Part shown: piece after piece, positions 1-6,721 of the stretch | Layout of the letters: every line of letters begins with the position of its first letter | Numbering within the stretch: position 1 is the first letter of the stretch | NCBI GenBank assembly: GCA_963771885.1 | Contig: CAVYVF010000013.1 | Location: 1 to 13,156 of the forward strand | Source: Candidatus Bathyarchaeota archaeon | GTDB lineage: Archaea > Thermoproteota > Bathyarchaeia > TCS64 | Direction: 5' to 3' | DNA length: 13,156 nt | Made by a program: the position numbers and the translations under genes | Notes under the pieces: generated by a model | Database searches by the model: none | Seen by the model: the letters and a program-made list of their open reading frames with translations, nothing else | Told to the model about the DNA's origin: nothing

Positions 1-15
1 CGTCGAGGGGCTGGG

Positions 16-324
16 CTATGCAATTTTTACGCCTAAATAGAACCCTGCTATAAATGCGCCGGCGAATGGCAGGTTCCCAATGATTGAACCGAATATCCCC
101 TCCAATACACCGACTTGACTGAATAAGCCATTAGCCCAGGCTGTAAAAGCAGCGTAGTTAATGGAGATTATACCCTGATAGGCAAGATATTGTAATCCCA
201 GAAAAGCAATCCCTAAGATGAATGCAATAATTCTCCCCATCTTTATCAAGGCATATCCTACGCAAAGCCCGGCGACGCCGCCAACCCCAAGCTGTGTTAG
301 AAGCGGAGTAAGTATCTCGACCAA
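16..324 (-). CDS. FUN14 family small membrane protein (~102 aa)
   Basis: Translation (L/M)VEILTPLLTQLGVGGVAGLCVGYALIKMGRIIAFILGIAFLGLQYLAYQGIISINY...LPFAGAFIAGFYLG matches the FUN14 pattern (GG..G...GY...K...LQYL...G.I.IN). ORF track starts at GTG 375; in-frame TTG at 324 preferred because a TATA-like TTTTTAAT (349-356, minus) lies ~25-32 nt upstream. Confidence 0.88.
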   Translation of the reverse strand: MVEILTPLLTQLGVGGVAGLCVGYALIKMGRIIAFILGIAFLGLQYLAYQGIISINYAAFTAWANGLFSQVGVLEGIFGSIIGNLPFAGAFIAGFYLGVKIA

Positions 325-568
325 TCCAACAGCATTAAAGAGGGCACAATTAAAAAAACTTCCCCAAGGCGCCACTCATAAAATACATTGATCCCCGCGT
401 ACAAGGGTTTGACTCATGTGTTCCTACGATATGCACGCGCGCTACCGTCAATTACTCCTCCTTTGATCGCGCGCGTATACAGTTGTAAACATCCTCGTCA
501 ATAATTAGAAACCTAGTCAACATAACCTGCGTCGCATGGATGCACGCAGGTATGGAGGCAGGACAATC

Positions 569-827
569 TTGTTGGTTGTAACATACTATGACTGGTTTGG
601 AACCCCAGAGGGGCTCAAGGAGTTCGAGACCGAGTATAAGAAATCCTACGAAAAGACGCCGGGTACAAAGTATCTGGGAAGATACGGGGCAGCTTAACAG
701 AAAATATCACTGGGCGACTTTCGCTGAGGTAAAAGATTGGCCCGCTTTCCAGAAGCTGAACGAAAACTTCAGCTATAAGAGAAGCTACAAAGACATCCCT
801 CACTGGGAGTACGAGTTTTTCCTCTGA
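569..827 (+). CDS. small hypothetical protein (~85 aa), one apparent +1 frameshift in GGGG at 686-689
   Basis: GGAGG (554-558) precedes TTG 569; frame reads MLVVTYYDWFGTPEGLKEFETEYKKSYEKTPGTKYLGRYG, and removing one G joins it to QLNRKYHWATFAEVKDWPAFQKLNENFSYKRSYKDIPHWEYEFFL* (3' part of ORF 588..827). Followed by a pyrimidine/T-rich tract. Confidence 0.65.
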
Positions 828-852
828 GTCCCCTCTTTTCCCCGATTTTTTC
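828..852 (+). terminator. putative archaeal-type pyrimidine/oligo-T terminator
   Basis: gtcccctcttttccccgatttttt directly after the stop at 827. Confidence 0.35.
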
Positions 853-1024
853 AGGTCAGATCAATTACCTCTGCACGCTCGCGGCGAGGGAAAGAACCTC
901 CTACTATCCAATCAGGCAACCTTCTCATGTTCCTCCGCGCGCGAACGTGCGAGGAACTACGCGGAGTAATCTCATACTTGTTGAGTTCCCTCGCTTATTG
1001 AATGGAAACATGTGCGCGCACAGT

Positions 1025-1603
1025 TCACATAATCTTTGAGATATCCTTCAAGCTTGCCCTAGGGGTCTCCTTCACCCCTCCTATGGATTCATCCGTTGAT
1101 GGAGAAGCGGGGTATCCAAGCGCGAGTAGCGCAACTATGCTCTGGTCGTCAGGGATGTGGAGGATCGCTGATATCCCTCCGCCCGTCAAACAGACCGATC
1201 CAGCAGCTACCTATACCAAGCTCCGTCGCCGTTAAGACCATGTGTTCAAGAGCGATTGAGACGTTTACCTCGCCCCAATCTCTATCGCGGGTTCCCACAG
1301 CTTTGAGAACTGCCCCCGTGGCTGCGCGGAGCTACACCAAGTGATCTTTCGCAGCCCACGATTATAACAGGCGCCTTACGGAGAAACTGGTTTGCCAATA
1401 CCGGCTCTGATGCGGCAATCTTATCTCTAGTCTCCTTGTTTTTCACGACATAGAAGAACCAGTCTTGTGAGTTAGTCGCCGATGGGGCAAGCCTCGCCGA
1501 TTCAAGTATCAGTGTCGAGTTTTTCCTTCTCGATTTCCCTGTCAGAGTATTCCCTGATGCTTCGGCGTTTCTTAATGATTTTTAAAACCGATGATTCGGT
1601 CAC
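1025..1603 (-). CDS. nitroreductase family flavoprotein (~191 aa), three apparent +1 frameshifts (~1514, ~1328, ~1183)
   Basis: Manual minus-strand translation from GTG 1603: MTESSVLKIIKKRRSIREYSDREIEKEKL / LILESARLAPSATNSQDWFFYVVKNKETRDKIAASEPVLANQFLRKAPVIIVGC / ...DWGEVNVSIALEHMVLTATELGIGSCWIGLFD / GGGISAILHIPDDQSIVALLALGYPA...PRASLKDISKIM*. RRSIR, APSxxNxQ, LGIGSCWIG and LGYP are nitroreductase FMN-binding signatures. Confidence 0.92.
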
Positions 1604-1682
1604 GTTTAAACCCCAATAATTTAAGATTTCGTTTTATTTGAACCGTTCATTTACATGGGGTGCGTGAGCATAATCATTCAGC

Positions 1683-2066
1683 TTAAACCCGCTTTTCGAC
1701 TGATAGACAATCGGTAATGTGTAAAAGTTCCAAGAATAGCTTCACTGGTGCAGGGAATATTTGCTTCATCTGCTCATATGGCACAAAAAGTGGATTCTGG
1801 ACCTGATCTTTGGATGCATCATATGTTAAGACTCCGCTGCCTGAGGTGTGAAGATTCTTCACCCAATCAACATTCCTCCCATAGGTTAGAGCGAAAACAT
1901 ACCCGGTCGTTGTGGGGAATGCGAGTATCGGCGTCCTGTATCGGCGACCTGATCTTCTACCAATGTGCTCGATGATCGCCAGTGGAGGAAGCCATCCGGC
2001 GAAGAGTAGGAAGAGTCGGTTGGTTACGTGTTTGTTGAAGTGTGTGATTGATTTGGGTATTGGCAA
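1683..2066 (-). CDS. deazaflavin (F420)-dependent oxidoreductase, Ddn/FDOR-A family
   Basis: Intact 127-aa ORF with HxGRRSGRRYRTP and YG...DWVKN motifs typical of the Ddn-like split beta-barrel family; TTG start with GGGAG upstream. Confidence 0.88.
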   Translation of the reverse strand: MPIPKSITHFNKHVTNRLFLLFAGWLPPLAIIEHIGRRSGRRYRTPILAFPTTTGYVFALTYGRNVDWVKNLHTSGSGVLTYDASKDQVQNPLFVPYEQMKQIFPAPVKLFLELLHITDCLSVEKRV

Positions 2067-2230
2067 TCTTGGCTCAACTCCCTAGGTTTGGTGGGTGATC
2101 TTGTCTCATCTAAAGTCTCTTAATCTTAGCCCAAGTTCACTCTGAGGTTAGCCTCATCAACCAGGTTAGTTGCGCACCTAAAATCGAGCAGTGGTTACAC
2201 CAACGAATCTAGGCGAGCTCACTGAATACG

Positions 2231-2266
2231 TTTAATATCTAGGATTCAGAAAAAAATATCGGGTGA
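2231..2266 (+). promoter_or_regulatory. putative TATA box (TTTAATAT, 2231-2238) and RBS (GGTGA, 2262-2266) of the cupin gene
   Basis: Archaeal-like motifs at plausible spacing before ATG 2273. Confidence 0.45.
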
Positions 2267-2272
2267 AATGAT

Positions 2273-2617
2273 ATGGTTATTCAGAGGAAGAATTTCCAGA
2301 AGCCTGATGAGACGAAGATGCCTACAAACTCAAGGGTAGACATCATCAAAATAGGTGACATGTCGATTCAGAAGCAAACATATCAACCTGGGTGGAGATG
2401 GTCAAAAGACCAGATGCCCATCTCCGGAACGAAGTCTTGCCAGATGCATCATTTCGGGTTATTGCTGTCAGGTAAACTACATGTTAAAGCCGATGATGGT
2501 CAAGAAATCGATATGAGTCCCGGTGATGTAGTCGATATTCCGCCGGGACACGACGGCTGGGTGGTGGGAAACGAGCCTGCAACCTTCTATTGGTTCCAGG
2601 GTGCAAACCCGAAGTAA
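2273..2617 (+). CDS. cupin domain protein
   Basis: Intact 114-aa ORF with QPGWRWS, CQxxH.G...SG.LHV and PGDVVDIPPGHDGWVVG cupin motifs. Confidence 0.88.
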   Translation: MVIQRKNFQKPDETKMPTNSRVDIIKIGDMSIQKQTYQPGWRWSKDQMPISGTKSCQMHHFGLLLSGKLHVKADDGQEIDMSPGDVVDIPPGHDGWVVGNEPATFYWFQGANPK

Positions 2618-2880
2618 ATCTCGACATCGGCGCGTGCATCTTTATCCTCAGAGTTGACAGTAGGCCATCCATGTTTTCGACGCCAACGATCGCGCTCTCA
2701 ACTACGGCAAGAACACGAGCGTCACTATCAAGTCTAACAGCATTACTGTTACCAACTTCCAAGTTCCTTAGTTTTTTCGCTTTTTTTATTATCCCCAGAC
2801 GACACCGAATAAACCTCGCCGTTGCACGCGCCCGATTAAGATGTGGTTGCCTGCTTATCCCCTAGACCCGCACGCATCCA

Positions 2881-3820
2881 TCATTTTCTCGCAAAGAACT
2901 TTACCTGATAGGAGTCCTCGGAGAGAATTCCTAGCCTGCCCATCGTCTGCCTCATCGTAGCCGCGTTCGCCTCCGACAGCTCCGTCAGGGGCAGCCTCGG
3001 CTTGCCGACGCCTGCGCCGAGCATGTTCAGCGCCGCCTTGAGGGGGACCGGGTTGCTTTCACTGTACATCATTCTAATCAGGGGGAGCATCCGGTAGAAG
3101 TGTCGTTTTGTCGTGACTGCATCCTCGTAGTTGCCCCAGGGTTTACTCATCTCCGCGAATTCACTTGGACACATGGATCCGGTGACGTTGCTGGTTCCCT
3201 TCCCTCCGCTAGCCATTACGACGAGGATGTGCCCGTAGAAGGGGCAGTCGCAACATAGCACGTTGAACTCACCGTGGGTGAGCTCGATGACACGGATCTC
3301 CGCGTAGGGGCTAGGACCGGCTTCCTTGATGGCGACGATGTTGGTGTGCTGGGCGAGCCTCGCCACTATCTCCGGCTCGACGTTTACGACGCATCGGTCG
3401 GGGTTGTTGTAGAATCACTATGGGGAGATCCACCGCGTCGGCGACGTCTTTGAAGTAATTGTAGATGGCGGCTTGGGTTGGCTTGACGTAGGGTGGCTGT
3501 ACCATAAGTCCGCAGTCGACACCGGCGTCTTTAGCGTGTTTCGCGTACTCAATCGTCTCCGCCGTCGACGGCGCTGAGACGCCGCACATGATGGGTATTC
3601 GACCGTTGGAGTGGTCGACTGCGGCCTCCACGATACTCCGTCGTTCTTCGCGGTTCAGAAGAATCGGTTCACCCGTCGAGCCTAGTAGTAGAACGCCGTT
3701 GCTCCCGTACTCGGCGTGGAAGTCGATGAGTCGCCGAAGCGCCTCGAAGTTGACCTCGCCACTATCGTCGAAGGGCGTCACGAGGGCTGGCCACGAACCC
3801 TGAACATTATATCTCTTCAA
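2881..3820 (-). CDS. dapA: dihydrodipicolinate synthase (DapA/DHDPS) family class I aldolase (~312 aa), one apparent +1 frameshift at 3413-3414
   Basis: ORFs 3311..3922 and 2881..3366 join as ...[36 protein letters not shown]... Motifs: ALVTPF, GSTGE, PPYVKP, catalytic Tyr (YNNP), Arg (PDR), Schiff-base Lys (IKEA), SNPVPLKAAL. Probable TTG start at 3820 (MKRYNVQGSW). Family is certain; DHDPS specificity is not (see findings). Confidence 0.85.
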
Positions 3821-3864
3821 TGCCGGTCGATGGTTATTTCCTGCGTAGATAGTTAAAACCCGCG

Positions 3865-3978
3865 TTGTGCTGTCAGTCAGACCTTCGATGTGCGCTAGTG
3901 AAGCTACCGTTCCTAGCTCCACATCTCTCCAACACTGCGAGGTATCGCTTGTCCTTCATCACTGATTTCTCAGCTCAA
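3865..3978 (-). ncRNA. candidate structured small RNA with box C (GUGAUGA) and box D (CUGA) motifs
   Basis: By-eye fold: terminal stem UUGAGCUG/CAGCACAA and UCAG/CUGA, box C at 3962-3956, tandem CUGA at 3880-3873, two internal hairpins. No family assignment. Confidence 0.35.
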
Positions 3979-4004
3979 TAAATAATTCTGTTATTCGCGT
4001 GCGT

Positions 4005-4822
4005 CTAGTGCTCGTTTTCCACGCGGTCTATGAAGTCGAGGATGAGCTTCATAGATCCAGCTATCTCCTGCTTTAGGAAGCCGTGGCCAAGCCCTGGGAG
4101 AAAATGCAGCTCCGAGTTGGGAAGACGCGATGCCAAGAGCTGGCTATTCTCGGGAGGGGATCAGGCGATCACTGTCCCCTGTGAGGATCAAGGCGTGCAC
4201 GTTGACTTGTGGCAGCCTATCGTAGGCGTCGAAGGAGGAGGTGGCTGCGCTCTGATTCCTTAGGGCGTAGACTGGCGTGGGGTTGGCGTCGTAGCTCTCC
4301 TCGGAGATAAGCTGCTCGAGACGTGACTCCACGTAGCTCTCAGGATATAGTAGCCTCACCATGGTCTCTACTCGCTCCCTCTTTGGGAGCCCGTCATCGC
4401 TCACCTTAGCCAGCTCCAAAGCCACTTCATGCTTGTAGGGTATCCTGTTGATAGCTCCGGGGGTGGTTGCGCAGAGTATGAGGCTCCGAACATTCTCCGG
4501 GTGGTGGATGGCGAGGGCTTGAGCTATGTATCCGCCCATGCTGAATCCGAGCACGTGGGCGGGGCCGAGGGCGACCTCGTCGAGTGCTGACGCGGAGTCG
4601 CCGCTCATCTGCTCCATCGTGTATGGCTCTTCGGGTTTTCCGCTTCTCCCGGTGCCGCGGTTATCCACAAGTACAACGGTGTGCTTCTCTCGCGAGGAGT
4701 GTAATCATTTCTCGGCTCCAGCTGTCGCTGCTGCCTCCCCAACCGTTGCAGAGGAGTATGGGCGTGCCTGTGCCTTTGAGGTCGTAGTAGATATTCACGC
4801 CGCCTGAGTTGACGAAGGGCAT
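4005..4822 (-). CDS. alpha/beta hydrolase (PcaD/CatD enol-lactonase-like, ~271 aa), apparent +1 frameshifts at ~4689 and 4156-4159
   Basis: MPFVNSGGVNIYYDLKGTGTPILLCNGWGGSSDSW / KHTVVLVDNRGTGRS...GFSMGG...GDSDRLI / PPENSQLLASRLPNSELHFLPGLGHGF...ENEH*; the Ser-Asp-His triad is complete after correction. Confidence 0.9.
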
Positions 4823-4910
4823 CTTACATCAATATTATGGACCATTCCTTTAGTTATTTGCGTCTACCCAACACAAGCGTGCGCCCCACCAGCACGTCGC
4901 CGACGCGCGC

Positions 4911-5096
4911 GCGATCCGTCGAAATAATGGTTCTATCCCCCACCTAATTAAGGGCAGTCGCCGCGTAGTATGCGTCGAATATCGATGTCAGCCCGTATTA
5001 CCCCATCAAGGTTAAGGATAGGAGATCGACCTCACTCGTCGTGGGCATGAATCTGAGGTTCTTTATGGATGTGAGGGCAGCCACTCGGGTAATATC
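4911..5096 (-). pseudogene. remnant of a PIN-domain (VapC-like) gene, C-terminal half only
   Basis: One frame reads DITRVAALTSIKNLRFMPTTSEVDLLSLTLMG*YGLTSIFDAYYAATALN*VGDRTIISTDR; FDAxxAATA...IISTD is the PIN C-terminal acidic motif. In-frame stops TAA (5000-4998) and TAG (4946-4944); no N-terminal half or start codon. Confidence 0.75.
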
Positions 5097-5154
5097 CGGA
5101 TAAAGAGGCTTGAGGCAAAGTGCTTGTGGTGCGCCATTTAATACGCGGTAATAG

Positions 5155-5163
5155 CTTTAATCC
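5155..5163 (+). promoter_or_regulatory. putative TATA box of the GH57-GDE-GalT operon
   Basis: CTTTAATCC about 25-30 nt upstream of TTG 5186, the spacing expected for a leaderless archaeal transcript. Confidence 0.4.
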
Positions 5164-5185
5164 TTAGAATAGTGGTGGCTTCCCT

Positions 5186-6625
5186 TTGACTGATATTTTA
5201 CTTATCTTCGAGGTACACCAGCCCTACCGCATTAGACGGGACTACTTCTGGGAGAACAGGGCTTTTAAAAAACTGGAGAAGAGTGAGCTCCTCGACAGCT
5301 ATTTTGATCTCGCTGCAGATGGGGAGATATTTCGGCGGGCGAGTGCGAAGTGCTACCTTCCATCAAACAGAATTCTCCTCGACGTCATCGATGAGCACAA
5401 ACACGAGAAAAAGGGAGTATGCGTAGCCTTCAGCCTGTCCGGTGTCTTCCTCGAGCAGTGCGAGCGGTTCAACCGAGACGTGCTTGATAGCTTCAAGCAG
5501 CTGGCGGAGACTGGTCGAGTCGAGTTCCTGGGGCAGACCTATTACCATTCCCTGTCAAGTCTCTACCCCGATCGGGTGGAGTTCGTGGATCAGGTGACCA
5601 CTCATAGGCAGACGGTGAAGGATCTGCTGGGCTACTCGCCGAGGGTGTTTGAAAACACCGAGTTGATCTACAACAACGAGATCTCGAAGACGGTGGAGGG
5701 TCTAGGCTACGAGGGTATGTTTACAGAGGGTGCTGATCGGATAATCGGCTCTAGATCCCCCAACCAGGTCTTCCAGGCGAAGGGCTGCGAGTCCCTCAAG
5801 GTGCTGCTGCGAAATTATCGGCTCACAGACGACATCGCCTTCAGGTTCTCAAACAGGGAGTGGAGCGAGTGGCCTCTGACCGCTGACAAAGTATGCATCT
5901 TGGCTGCAGGAGACTCCCGGGCAGTGCGTATGCATCTTCCTCGACTATGAGACCTTCGGTGAGCACCATTGGCCTGAAACCGGGATACACGAGTTCCTCA
6001 GAAGTCTGCCCTCCGAGATAATTGCAAAACCGAGCCTAAATCTGGTGACCCCGACTAAGGCTTTGGCGAGCCACAAGCCGAGGCAGGTGCTCGACGTCCC
6101 CTACGTTGAGACGCTCTCTTGGGCTGACATTGAGCGCTCAACCCATAGCTGGATAGGCAATGACATGCAGTGGGCCTTCTACACGAAGGTTAGGGAGGCT
6201 GAGCACCTTGTGAAGGAGCTCAGCGACCCGGAGTCACGAGGCTGTGGAGGTACTTCCAGATCAGTGACCACCTCTACTACATGTTCACAGCTGGTGGGGG
6301 GCCTGGTGCCGTTCACAACTACTTCAGCCCCTACGGGAAGCCGGTGGACGCCTTCCTCGCAGCCCAAGCGGCCTTTATGGATTTCATCAAGAGGGTGGCC
6401 GATGAGGCAGGCGCTGCCAACCAGGGATTCGTTTTCCGAGCATCCGCCGGTGATGGGGGGGAGACTGGGCTATACGCCCAAAGCCTTAGGGGTTTACTCC
6501 GTTGTCTAGAGGCGGCGCCCATCGCCAGCATCGAGTATCACAATGGGAGGGGAGACTTCGAAGCCTGGGTTAGGGACAGCCTACGCGAGAAGGGTCTTGC
6601 CATGGAGATCCATAAGGTCAGTTAA
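5186..6625 (+). CDS. GH57 alpha-amylase-like glycoside hydrolase (MJA1-like) with C-terminal DUF5752-like domain (~479 aa); apparent frameshifts at 5888-5890 (+1) and ~6234 (-1)
   Basis: ORFs 5186..5950, 6045..6509 and 6281..6625 join. GH57 conserved regions: FEVHQPY, QTYYHSL, FENTELIY (nucleophile Glu), FLDYETFGEHHW (acid/base Asp, in the bridging frame), SWAD, FQISDHLYYM. Tail FVF...G.YAQSL...SIEYHNGRGDFEAWVRDSL...LA resembles DUF5752. True C-terminus uncertain. Confidence 0.9.
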
Positions 6626-6721
6626 TCAAAGTTGAGCGGTGAGAAGCTGCGGACGAAGTTGGTCAAGACAATCAGCGGCTATTCGTACGGTTCAATCAAA
6701 GAAGAGGATGTGAGGGGCCAA

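Noticed and set aside
1002..1344. Plus-strand ORFs 1002..1235 and 1096..1344
   Set aside because: Antisense shadows of the frameshifted nitroreductase.
2484..2865. Overlapping ORFs 2484..2762 (-) and 2590..2865 (+)
   Set aside because: No recognisable motifs, both overlap the cupin 3' end and mirror each other; a short minus-strand peptide or remnant cannot be excluded but is unsupported.
3821..3922. N-terminal extension of the DapA ORF to 3922
   Set aside because: Family similarity starts near 3820; the extension covers a TATA-like box and the structured element.
3865..3978. Lysine or glycine riboswitch, hammerhead ribozyme, or 5S rRNA identity for the structured element
   Set aside because: Lacks the lysine AGAGGUGC core, the glycine CCGAAG/CUCAGG pair, the hammerhead CUGANGA plus GAAA core, and 5S loop sequences.
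4996..5094. Inverted repeat TATTACCC/GGGTAATA as an RNA structure
   Set aside because: Only 8 bp, and the region is better explained as the PIN remnant.
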